Below are positions 49,233 through 58,562 of a stretch of 64,000 nt of DNA, in pieces. Below the pieces are notes generated by a model, which ran no database searches, was not told the origin of the DNA, and saw only the letters and a program-made list of their open reading frames with translations. The stretch's first letter is position 1. Each line of letters opens with the position of its first letter. This DNA comes from Pseudomonadota bacterium. Lineage in GTDB: Bacteria; UBA10199; 2-02-FULL-44-16; JBDRGF01. The position numbers were made by a program, and so were the translations under genes. The stretch is taken from NCBI GenBank assembly GCA_043818055.1, contig JBDRGF010000060.1, positions 516 to 64,515 of the forward strand. The letters are read 5' to 3'.

Positions 49233-50718
49233 TCATGCAATTTGTTCGAGAGTATTCTTTGGAGGTTTTTTGTTAAGCTTAGTTATCATATTTCCTTTTG
49301 TCGCAGCAATAGCCTTAGGGTTGTATCCCAAAAAGCATCTCTTTCTCTTTCTCTCTATTCTTGGAATGATGCTTTTAGGTTTTGTGGGATTCAAGTGGTG
49401 GATGTCGGCTGGGGAGCTTATCGAAGTTCGTCATTGGGTGGGGGAGTTTGGCATCGGCTACAGATTGAACTTAGGAGGTCTGAGTTTACTGATCATATCA
49501 CTATTGTATCTCTTTTTATTTTACCTTGGGATCTTTAACGAAAAAGTTGATGAAAGTCATAATCTCGCATCATCGTTTTTGATACTCGGAACTATAGCCG
49601 GAGTGGTCATGTCCACCGACCTCATACTCTTCTATCTCTTTTTTGCCTCGCTCTGGTGGTGGCTGATATTGCTGAATCGCTCTAAATTCGGTTATTCATT
49701 CTATCTTCCCTTCATGCTCTTTGATATGTTGCTCCTGGTGACGATATTGTATGGAGGTGTGAAGATCGGTTCGTTTTCATTGGCAAAGTGGTACGGTTTT
49801 TCATTTCCCATCATCGAGGAGAGCCTCCTCTTCTGGGGATTTTTAGGCTCATGTCTTGCCAGATTGTTCGTGTTTCCATTTCACACAGGTTTCCTGAATT
49901 ACACGAAGAATGCCCGGTCTTCGCTTGTGATTTTCCTCGTAATGTCGGGTTTTTCAGTATCGGGATTGTTTGCGATCTATCGTTTTATCATCCCGATATT
50001 TAAGAACGCATCCCTCATCTATAGCAACTACGTAATTTTGTGGGCAGTCATTTCAATAGTTTATGGACTCATAGTGATCGGGAAAAGATCCACATACCAA
50101 AAAATGATAGCCCTTATCATCATGTTTGAATCGGAGCTCGCGCTGATCGGACTCTTTTCCTTTCAGGAAGAGGCTGTGATGGGGAGTCTCATGCTGATGC
50201 CGGCTATCATCTTTGGCGCAGGACTGCTTCTCTCTTTTAGCGGGAGGGTTGTTCAAAGAGAGGGATTTATAGTTGAAGGAAGAGTGAATCGTTGGTTCTT
50301 ATTGTTAGCACTCATATTTGTGATAGGGCTTCCCCCTTCAGCGGGATTTGTTTGGGGATTCTACCTCTTTCTTGGGAGCTTTCAGATAATGCCTAAATTG
50401 GGAGCGTTCATGTTGCTCGCCCTCTGGCTGTGGTTGATGATTTCCATCTACTATTTTACAATAGGTGGTGTTGAGCCCCAAAGTGCAAATGTCCGAAAGA
50501 ACAGATATTCACTGATCATTCCATTGATGCTGCTAGTCCTCTTCGGAGTTTATCCAAGGGCATGGATTTCATTTGTGGAGAGGGAGACAAGATCATATTT
50601 CAATGAGAACAATCTTTTCAGACAACAGAAGAAAGATTTAAAGAGTATAAACTCTGCTGCGACAATTCCTAGTCAGCGCATACTTGATAATAAATTGATA
50701 GTTCGGGGGAGGAGATGA
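49225..50718 (+). CDS. degenerate NuoM/MrpD-like membrane subunit
   Basis: FVFPFHTGFLNYTKNARSSLVIFLVMSGF aligns to the NuoM motif [28 protein letters not shown]. Confidence 0.5.
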   Translation: MCDHAICSRVFFGGFLLSLVIIFPFVAAIALGLYPKKHLFLFLSILGMMLLGFVGFKWWMSAGELIEVRHWVGEFGIGYRLNLGGLSLLIISLLYLFLFYLGIFNEKVDESHNLASSFLILGTIAGVVMSTDLILFYLFFASLWWWLILLNRSKFGYSFYLPFMLFDMLLLVTILYGGVKIGSFSLAKWYGFSFPIIEESLLFWGFLGSCLARLFVFPFHTGFLNYTKNARSSLVIFLVMSGFSVSGLFAIYRFIIPIFKNASLIYSNYVILWAVISIVYGLIVIGKRSTYQKMIALIIMFESELALIGLFSFQEEAVMGSLMLMPAIIFGAGLLLSFSGRVVQREGFIVEGRVNRWFLLLALIFVIGLPPSAGFVWGFYLFLGSFQIMPKLGAFMLLALWLWLMISIYYFTIGGVEPQSANVRKNRYSLIIPLMLLVLFGVYPRAWISFVERETRSYFNENNLFRQQKKDLKSINSAATIPSQRILDNKLIVRGRR

Positions 50719-51974
50719 GTCAACCTTTGATGATTCTTTTTGCAGGCGTGATTCTTTTTATCATCTTTGAGATTTTTTCCATCTCGAGAGAGAAATCTTT
50801 TGCATCGATCCTATCCGGCTCATTTCTGACACTCTTTGTGGTATTGTCGTGGAACAACTGGCTCAGCGAGAGCATGAACAGGGTGACGATCTTTTTGGGA
50901 ATATTGATTGGATTAGTTCTGCTTTCGATCTCTGTCATGAAATCTGACTGGAAGTGGAGGGATCTCGCCCTTCTGTTTATCTCAGGGATCGGTCTTATCC
51001 TCTCATCTTCGGCGAATAGTTTTTTTGGTTTTATCGCCGCGATCTGGTCTGCGGGTTTTGGCATAGCCATGCTTTTTGACTCCGATGAACAGACCCGGAC
51101 AGAGGCTCTGAATTTTATGTATGCGATCTCTCTTGGAGTATTGCTCCTGGTGGGTGGAGGATTATTATTTCTCAAAGGATCGGATTCCGCAGGAATCAAT
51201 TTTAATAAGATAGGCTTGATTTTCGCATCGGCCGGAGCCCTCGTGTTAATGGGGATCTATCCATTTGGTGTGTGGCTGAACAGGATTACCGAAGAGACTC
51301 CTAATTATATTCTTCTCCTGATCTATGGCGGTTGGAGGATCGCCCTTTTTGGCGGGATAATTCGCTTTTTATCCCCCCTGCTGGGCTTGAAGGGAAATTT
51401 TGCGATAGTATTGGGTCTTCTTGCCCTCATAACCACTTTCATAGGATCGGCATCCATCTGGAATGAACGGAAAGAACGAAGGATCATAATACATTTTAAC
51501 TATGCGCTGGGCGGAGTTTTCTTGCTTCCGATCGTCGCCCTCCCCGGGGGCGGTACCGACGTGGAGCAGATGATGCTTCTGCTTATGACGTCCCTTCTCT
51601 TTTCGATCATAGGTTTATTCAGTCTCGCATCCAGCAATATGGTCGGCATGTGGAGGAGGGCGATTGCAATCCTCCTGATGTTTTCCGGCGCTGGAATCGG
51701 CCCATTCTTCACCTTCTTTGCGAAGCTCAATCTCTTCTCTACACTATCCGCAGGTGGAAATATATATCCGCTCGTGTGTTCCTTTCTGGTCAGTTTGATG
51801 CTCATCATGAGCGTTGTGAGATTCGCCCTAAAGGTCGATGGCATTGAGCATGCGGTGGAAGATGGAACCATTGGAGCCAAGGCCGTATCATATTTTTCAT
51901 TCGCCGCGAGCCTCGTATTTGGGATACTGCCATCCGGAATGCTGGCCATCTCATGGTATTCAGCGAATAGTTGA
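50715..51974 (+). CDS. degenerate NuoN-like membrane subunit
   Basis: YPFGVWLNRITEETPNYILLLIYGGWRIALFGGIIRF is analogous to the conserved TM7-8 block. Confidence 0.45.
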   Translation: MSQPLMILFAGVILFIIFEIFSISREKSFASILSGSFLTLFVVLSWNNWLSESMNRVTIFLGILIGLVLLSISVMKSDWKWRDLALLFISGIGLILSSSANSFFGFIAAIWSAGFGIAMLFDSDEQTRTEALNFMYAISLGVLLLVGGGLLFLKGSDSAGINFNKIGLIFASAGALVLMGIYPFGVWLNRITEETPNYILLLIYGGWRIALFGGIIRFLSPLLGLKGNFAIVLGLLALITTFIGSASIWNERKERRIIIHFNYALGGVFLLPIVALPGGGTDVEQMMLLLMTSLLFSIIGLFSLASSNMVGMWRRAIAILLMFSGAGIGPFFTFFAKLNLFSTLSAGGNIYPLVCSFLVSLMLIMSVVRFALKVDGIEHAVEDGTIGAKAVSYFSFAASLVFGILPSGMLAISWYSANS

Positions 51975-52001
51975 TATTAAATATATCCCCATATCTGTAT
52001 T

Positions 52002-52043
52002 GTAGGGGCGGCCCCCTGTGGCCGCCCGCGGGTTATACCCTAC
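52002..52043. repeat. REP-family element
   Basis: GTAGGGGCGGCCCCCTGTGGCCGCC...ACCCTAC. Confidence 0.55.
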
Positions 52044-52134
52044 ATTCATATTATAACCGCAAGCGGTAGGCATTCATATAAACTGTTGAATCATTTCATT
52101 TTTTCGATACAATGAAGCAAATCAAGGGGGGATT

Positions 52135-52578
52135 ATGAAGCATTTAAAATGGGTGAGTTTGTTCTGCATCAGTCTCTGTCTGTTGCTGGGTTCTTCTCAG
52201 ATGATTTTTGCTGCCAAGGCACCATCACAGGGAGAAACATTGGAACGTCAGATGTGGACGGATATGAAAGCTAAGAAGTGGGTTGAAGTTAAAAATAAAA
52301 TGGCGCGAAATTTTCAATCGATCCATCAGGACGGGGCGCGCAACCGCAATCAGGAATTCAAATTGATAAAAAATCTCAAAATGGGACAATATATATTAAG
52401 CAATTTCAAAACAACGGAGAACGGCTCGACTATCATAGTGACATATGATGCCGCAGTTGAGGAGACGATCAATGGGAAACGCCTTTCAGGCAAGCCATCT
52501 CCGAGGCTCAGCGTGTGGATGCTAAACGGCAAGGATTGGCAATGGGTTGTTCATGCAAACTTAAATGCGTTGAAATAG
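52135..52578 (+). CDS. small secreted protein (possibly NTF2-like)
   Basis: Signal peptide; ends with a WQW aromatic motif. Confidence 0.4.
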   Translation: MKHLKWVSLFCISLCLLLGSSQMIFAAKAPSQGETLERQMWTDMKAKKWVEVKNKMARNFQSIHQDGARNRNQEFKLIKNLKMGQYILSNFKTTENGSTIIVTYDAAVEETINGKRLSGKPSPRLSVWMLNGKDWQWVVHANLNALK

Positions 52579-52602
52579 TCTATCAATGACGTGCTCATTG
52601 TT

Positions 52603-52664
52603 GTAGGGGTAGGTTTAAAACCTGCCTGCCTATTATAACGGGAGGGTTTCAAACCCTCCCCTAC
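52603..52664. repeat. REP-family element with two hairpins
   Basis: GTAGGGGTAGGTTTAAAACCTGCC...GGGAGGGTTTCAAACCCTCCCCTAC. Confidence 0.55.
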
Positions 52665-52684
52665 AAAAATTGAATTGAATTGAA

Positions 52685-54610
52685 ATGAAGATTAAACAAC
52701 TTATAATATTGATAATCGCATTATCCCTGTTTTTTTTAATTTCGATCAGCATTCTGGGATATATACAGACTAGCTACATTCAAAACAGACTCGTCAAAAT
52801 CAACGATCATTTTGCCCCTTTGGTAAAAAAGATAGGAGATCTGAGTTTTCAACAGAGGGAACTCAATACAAATGTGGACAGATTTATTGAGTTCAACCTT
52901 CTTCAAGAGGGATCGGGAGCGGGGTTGAAGGGAAAAGAGAGGGCGTTGCTTAATGACTCGCTGGAAACAAGTTCGAAAATGATAAAGGAACTGAAGGAAT
53001 CTGTTTCAAAAAAATTTGGGGTAGCCAAGAAGTGGATAATCTCGAGATCGGCGATAGCTGACAAAAAAAGATATTCAGAAGAGATAGGAATAATTGAGGA
53101 AAATCTGAAAGATCTCGAAAATGGCTATGTTCCATATTTGAATAAAGCGGAAAATATAGTTAATCAGATTGAGTGGAAGAAAGAATATCAGACTCAATCC
53201 ACGAGAGAGGATATGCAGATCGAGGGAGCTAATATCATCGCCAATCTCGATAACATCGGTTCAGGATTTGAAAAGATAATAGAAGGATCGATCAATAACC
53301 TTGAAAAAAATGAGAGGATATCACAGAAAGTAATCCTGGGAATGCTTGTCCTGGTGGTAGGGTTATATGCTTTTATAATAATATATTATGTGTTGCAGTT
53401 GTTTAAGAGTATACGCTTGGCCATAATCAAGGCACAGCAAATTGCTTCAGGAATGGCCTCTGTAGATGTTCATCTTCCATGTGAAGATGAAACAAGTTTG
53501 ATTCTTGGGTCTGTAAAGAAGATCAGAGAGTCGCTTGATGAGATCGGTAATAATCTCGAAATATGTAGTGATCAACTCAACGGTATCAATGAAGCCTCCA
53601 AGGACGCGGTGATTATTTTGGATGCGGAAAGAAAAATTCAGTTTTGGAGCAGTTCAGCCGAAATAATGTTTGGAAGGAGTATCGACGAAGCGAAAGGCCT
53701 TGTTTTCGATTCAATCTTTCCTTACCAACAATGTGAATCGATTTTTGCTGCGGATAATTCTGGAGAGGGAGATGTCGGCGGTACTAAGATCCTTGGGGGG
53801 ACTAAACAGCTGGAAGTGGCACGGAAAAACGGTTCTGAATTTCCTATTGAATTGTCTATCTCTGCGATGAAGATAAAAAACAGATGGAACTCTATTTGCA
53901 TCGTGAGGGATATATCGATTCGCAAACAGCTCGAAAGTTTAAGAGATGAACTGATAAGGATGATCATACATGATCTCAAAGGTCCACTGACTGGGATTTT
54001 ATCCTCATCTGAAATTCTGATGATGCCCGGTGTTGATCCTGAAAAAAGATTAAAGTTTTTGAAGATGATAAATATCAATTCTAAAAAGCTCGCAAATATG
54101 ATCATGAATCTGCTCGAGATCAGAAAGATGGAGGAGAAGGAACTCAAACTCAATAAGGAGGTTTTTAGAGGAAGCGATGTTCTTGAAGGAATATCATGGC
54201 TTAGGGATATGGCGTTGAGTGAAGAAAAGAACCTGAAAATAGATATACCAGAAAAAATTACATTATATACGGATAAAGGCCTTTTGATTCGTGTTCTTGA
54301 AAACCTGATAACAAATGCCATTAAGCATACTCCCAGCAAGGGCGATATAGTAGTGAACGCTAAAGAGGAGGATGAAAAGATTTTAATTGAAGTGATAGAT
54401 ACAGGGGAGGGGATTCCAAAGGAGAATATACAACATATCTTCGAAAGATTTTTTATGGTCAAAACACAAACTTTAAGATCTAAATTTGACACTGGGCTGG
54501 GGCTATCATTCTGTAAAATGGCGATAGAAGCCGATGGCGGTGAGATCAATGTCGAAAGTGAAGTTGGAAAAGGCTCAAGGTTTTATTTTTATATTTCAAA
54601 TCCAAAATGA
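52685..54610 (+). CDS. sensor histidine kinase (TM, coiled-coil, PAS, HisKA, HATPase)
   Basis: H-box MIIHDLKGPLTGI; N/G boxes NLITNAIKHT and GLGLSFCK. Confidence 0.85.
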   Translation: MKIKQLIILIIALSLFFLISISILGYIQTSYIQNRLVKINDHFAPLVKKIGDLSFQQRELNTNVDRFIEFNLLQEGSGAGLKGKERALLNDSLETSSKMIKELKESVSKKFGVAKKWIISRSAIADKKRYSEEIGIIEENLKDLENGYVPYLNKAENIVNQIEWKKEYQTQSTREDMQIEGANIIANLDNIGSGFEKIIEGSINNLEKNERISQKVILGMLVLVVGLYAFIIIYYVLQLFKSIRLAIIKAQQIASGMASVDVHLPCEDETSLILGSVKKIRESLDEIGNNLEICSDQLNGINEASKDAVIILDAERKIQFWSSSAEIMFGRSIDEAKGLVFDSIFPYQQCESIFAADNSGEGDVGGTKILGGTKQLEVARKNGSEFPIELSISAMKIKNRWNSICIVRDISIRKQLESLRDELIRMIIHDLKGPLTGILSSSEILMMPGVDPEKRLKFLKMININSKKLANMIMNLLEIRKMEEKELKLNKEVFRGSDVLEGISWLRDMALSEEKNLKIDIPEKITLYTDKGLLIRVLENLITNAIKHTPSKGDIVVNAKEEDEKILIEVIDTGEGIPKENIQHIFERFFMVKTQTLRSKFDTGLGLSFCKMAIEADGGEINVESEVGKGSRFYFYISNPK

Positions 54611-54639
54611 TTTTAAAAACCTCTTAACGGGCGAGTGTA

Positions 54640-56628
54640 ATGCGAAATAAAAGAAGTCAGCTGTTGCAACTCCTTTCAGTGGGTATAGGGGTTTATTTTG
54701 CCATCGGGGTCTCTCTATATTTTCTTGGTAAGTTTGCGAATGGTTTTGTCAGATCCGGTCTCGATCGGATGCTTCCATATATCAATGCGCAAGGTGAATA
54801 TTCTGTCTCCGTTAAAGATATAAATTACAGCCTTTTGTCAGGGCTTACAATCTCAGATGTGATCATAGCAAACAAGTCAAAAACCTCATCGCTCCTTGTT
54901 AAAGCGCCACGATTAAAAATTGAAATGGGTTTGAGTTTTCATCCTCTACCCGGACTCGAAGTGAAGAAGATTTCCCTGTACCACCCTGAAATTCTTTTTA
55001 GTTCTGAATTTGCCTATAGGAAGAAAGAGATTGTTGACTCAGGAAAGGGAGAAGAGAGACTTAAATCTGTTTTCACGTCATTCATGGAATATCTTAGTTT
55101 GAAGTTTGAAGGTATCAATGCGAAGTTGAAGCGTGTTCGTTTTGCAAATAGGTTTCAAATAGGTGTCGATCAGGCAGATGCAGAAATTTTGATTCATAAG
55201 GGGAGTAAAGAGGATAATTCATTTTCTTTGATCTTAAATAAACTCACAGGTTTTGCTGATATTGATCTTGATGGTTTGAAAGTATCGATGGAAATGCAGA
55301 GCGGTATCAATGGCGGAAAGAGGTTTGTGTTTGTGTCTGGCAACGCCGGTGACAAGGGTGTTGAAATAGATCTGAACGGAAAAGATCTGAAAATGAGTTC
55401 TTTTTCTAAATATCTTCCTCAGGTATTCTCAGCTGGCGATGATTCCAAATTCGATGTTGGGATGAAGTTAAAATCTGATCTGACTGAAGATGTTGCTCTT
55501 ATGACTTATAAGATAGTTTTTAACGACATGGATTTTGACGATGAGAGCCTCTCTGAAGATGAGATTGACGATGTAGAGCTAATACTGAAAGGGAATCTCA
55601 AATATGATGGAAACAAAAAAGAGTTTATTGTTACTAATTCAAATATAAGGATGGAAGATGCGGTTTTAAACATGGAAGGCTCATATAATTTAACCGATCG
55701 GAGATTAAAACTTGAATTAAAAATGAGTAACACGCCGATTCAGGAAATTATCAACTCTTTACCCTATGGTTTTATCAGCAGGATATATGGAGCAGAGGTC
55801 TCGGGCGATATCGATATGGATGTCAATCTGCTGCTCGATCTCAAAAATATTACGAGATCCGAGCTTGATCCATCGATCAATGTGGAGGAGTTTGAAGTTG
55901 TCGAATATCCAAAATCGATCGATATCAAAAAATTGAAAGGCCCCTTTACACATGTCGTCAGAAAAAAAGGGAAGGTTGTAGAAAAGATTTTAGTCAGTCC
56001 TAAAAATCCTAATTTTGTTCCATTCGATAAGCTGACCGAGACTGTGAAAAAGGGGGTTCTGACCTGCGAAGATGGCAGTTTTTTTTCACACAAAGGTTTT
56101 CAACCCAACCGCATTGAGGAGTCGCTGATCCAGAACATACAGAAAAAAAGTTTTGTAAGAGGGGCGTCAACCATCACGATGCAGCTGGCTAAAAATTTAT
56201 ATCTCAACGGCAAGAAGAATCTCTCCAGAAAGTTTCAGGAGATGCTCATCGCATATGCGCTGGAGCAGGAGCTCTCAAAGAAGAGAATACTCGAGATCTA
56301 TATGAACATCATCGAGTGGGGACCTGATATATATGGAATCAAAAGAGCAGCCGAACATTATTTCTCAAAAAAGCCGGAAGAAATCACCCCTCTCGAAGCC
56401 GCCTTTTTAGGATCGATAATCGCAAGCCCCATAAGATATCATAGGATGTATAGAGATGGCTCTGTTACCGATCAGTGGGCGACATATCTCGCCCTGATTC
56501 TAAAAAAGATGCATGTAACAGAAGAGGAGTTCGAAGCCTCCGCCCCCTTCCAACCCGAATTCAACTGGGTCAAAAAAGAACGTGAAGCGATGGAAGCATT
56601 AAGTCAGGAAAATAAAGTGGAAGAATAG
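54640..56628 (+). CDS. monofunctional peptidoglycan glycosyltransferase (GT51) fused to a roughly 440-aa N-terminal domain of unknown function
   Basis: C-terminal EDGSFFSHKGF, GASTITMQLAKN, RKFQE and KRILEIYMN are GT51 motifs I-IV; N-terminal TM plus a beta-rich region. Confidence 0.7.
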   Translation: MRNKRSQLLQLLSVGIGVYFAIGVSLYFLGKFANGFVRSGLDRMLPYINAQGEYSVSVKDINYSLLSGLTISDVIIANKSKTSSLLVKAPRLKIEMGLSFHPLPGLEVKKISLYHPEILFSSEFAYRKKEIVDSGKGEERLKSVFTSFMEYLSLKFEGINAKLKRVRFANRFQIGVDQADAEILIHKGSKEDNSFSLILNKLTGFADIDLDGLKVSMEMQSGINGGKRFVFVSGNAGDKGVEIDLNGKDLKMSSFSKYLPQVFSAGDDSKFDVGMKLKSDLTEDVALMTYKIVFNDMDFDDESLSEDEIDDVELILKGNLKYDGNKKEFIVTNSNIRMEDAVLNMEGSYNLTDRRLKLELKMSNTPIQEIINSLPYGFISRIYGAEVSGDIDMDVNLLLDLKNITRSELDPSINVEEFEVVEYPKSIDIKKLKGPFTHVVRKKGKVVEKILVSPKNPNFVPFDKLTETVKKGVLTCEDGSFFSHKGFQPNRIEESLIQNIQKKSFVRGASTITMQLAKNLYLNGKKNLSRKFQEMLIAYALEQELSKKRILEIYMNIIEWGPDIYGIKRAAEHYFSKKPEEITPLEAAFLGSIIASPIRYHRMYRDGSVTDQWATYLALILKKMHVTEEEFEASAPFQPEFNWVKKEREAMEALSQENKVEE

Positions 56629-56677
56629 CATCCGATTTATTGATAATTGGAAATTGTTAATTGGTTATAGAATGTTG

Positions 56678-58447
56678 TTACTTTTTCAAACTGATATTCA
56701 GTTCATCCAGCTGTCTTGCTGAGACGGTCGATGGGGCGTCGGTCATGAGGCATGATGCGGAGGTTGTCTTGGGGAAGGCGATGACATCGCGAATCGAATC
56801 GGAGCCGGCCATCAGCATTACCCATCTGTCGAGTCCCAGCGCCAGCCCTCCGTGAGGTGGGGCGCCAAAACCAAAGGCGTTGAGCAAAAATCCGAATTTC
56901 TCCTTGGCCTCCTCATCTGAGATGCCAAGATTCTTAAAGACCAGGCTTTGAATATCGGCGCGATGATTTCTGATCGATCCGCCGCCGATCTCATTGCCGT
57001 TGAGGATGATGTCGTATCCCAGAGAGCGGATGCCATGTGGACCCTTTTTCAGTTTGTCGATGTCGTCAGGGTGGGGTGCCGTGAAGGGATGATGAACAGC
57101 GACATGTCGTCCCTCTTCACCGCTCCATTCGAGCAGCGGAAAATTCACCACCCATAAAAAGTCATCCCTGTTTTTGTCGACGATGCCAAATTCGTGCGCT
57201 AGTTTTAATCTTAGCTCTCCCAACACAGTGTCAACGACACCTCTGTTTTTATCGGCTACTATGAAGAAGAGATCCCCCTCGCTGACATTCAAAAGTTTTG
57301 ATATCTCCTTTTTCTCATCATCTGATATAAATTTTGCGATTGAGGATTTCCACTCGCCATCCTTCACCTTTACCCATGCGAGTCCCTTGGCGCCAAATTT
57401 CTTTGCGAATTCCTCAAGCTTCTCGATATCTTTTCTCGACTGCTCCAACTTTTCGACATTCAACCCTTTAACGAATCCCCCATCGTTGGCAATTTTGGAA
57501 AATGCCTGAAAGGATGATTTCATCAGAGATTTGGTCAGATCCTTTAACTCCCAAGGGATGCGGCGATCAGGCTTATCACAGCCGAACCTGTCCATAGCCT
57601 CTTCGAAGTCGAGCCTGTCGAACGGAGCCTTGACCTCTTTTCCCAATACCTCTTTATAAACTGTAGTGATCAATCCTTCGATGAGCGCAATGATATCATC
57701 GACATCGATGAAGGATGCCTCGATATCGACCTGCGTGAATTCCGGCTGGCGATCGGCTCTCAGATCCTCATCCCTGAAACACTTTACGATCTGAAAATAT
57801 TTATCCATACCAGCGACCATCAAAAGCTGTTTGAAGAGCTGTGGCGATTGCGGCAGGGCGTAAAAGTGTCCCTTGCTCATGCGCGACGGAACGAGAAAAT
57901 CTCTAGCGCCTTCCGGCGTGCTGCGGGTCAGCATCGGAGTCTCAACTTCAACGAATTTATTTTCAGAGAGATAATTTCTTATCGACTGCGTTGTACGCGC
58001 CCTAAGCTCAAGCATTTTTTGCATCTTCGGCCTTCTTAAATCAAGATAGCGATGTTTTAGCCTCACCTCTTCAGAAACATGTATATCATCCTCAATTTCA
58101 AATGGAAGCGGTTTGGATTCATTCAATATGATAAGCTCCGAGGCCCTCACTTCGATTTCTCCCGTCGGCATATCCTTTCTCTCCTGTCCTGCGAGACGGG
58201 AGGAGACGACACCTTTCACAGTGATGACATATTCGTATCTTAAACTCTCTGCAATCTTGAACGATTCTTTCGAAAGATCTTTTGGATCGAAGATCACCTG
58301 AGTATATCCATAACGATCCCTCAGGTAGATAAAGATCAACCCTCCCAAGTCCTTTCGGGATCCAACCCATCCGGAGAGGATGACCTCCGTGTCAACATCG
58401 CTCTTTCGTAAATCACCGCAGGTATGTGTCCGCTTATAATCCTTCAT
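56678..58447 (-). CDS. aspS: aspartyl-tRNA synthetase
   Basis: 589 aa; N-terminal OB fold with class II core motifs. Confidence 0.9.
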   Translation of the reverse strand: MKDYKRTHTCGDLRKSDVDTEVILSGWVGSRKDLGGLIFIYLRDRYGYTQVIFDPKDLSKESFKIAESLRYEYVITVKGVVSSRLAGQERKDMPTGEIEVRASELIILNESKPLPFEIEDDIHVSEEVRLKHRYLDLRRPKMQKMLELRARTTQSIRNYLSENKFVEVETPMLTRSTPEGARDFLVPSRMSKGHFYALPQSPQLFKQLLMVAGMDKYFQIVKCFRDEDLRADRQPEFTQVDIEASFIDVDDIIALIEGLITTVYKEVLGKEVKAPFDRLDFEEAMDRFGCDKPDRRIPWELKDLTKSLMKSSFQAFSKIANDGGFVKGLNVEKLEQSRKDIEKLEEFAKKFGAKGLAWVKVKDGEWKSSIAKFISDDEKKEISKLLNVSEGDLFFIVADKNRGVVDTVLGELRLKLAHEFGIVDKNRDDFLWVVNFPLLEWSGEEGRHVAVHHPFTAPHPDDIDKLKKGPHGIRSLGYDIILNGNEIGGGSIRNHRADIQSLVFKNLGISDEEAKEKFGFLLNAFGFGAPPHGGLALGLDRWVMLMAGSDSIRDVIAFPKTTSASCLMTDAPSTVSARQLDELNISLKK

Positions 58448-58525
58448 TGTGTATCAAAATCCTTTCCTAAGAAGTTTTTTAAAAAAATATTGATCTTTGA
58501 AAAGTGTTTAAGATTGTTTAACTAT

Positions 58526-58562
58526 AACTTCTACACTCCTACACTCAAACACTTCTACACTC
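58526..58562. repeat. heptamer-family repeat ACTTCTACACTCCTACACTCAAACACTTCTACACT
   Basis: Seen between aspS and hisS. Confidence 0.55.
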
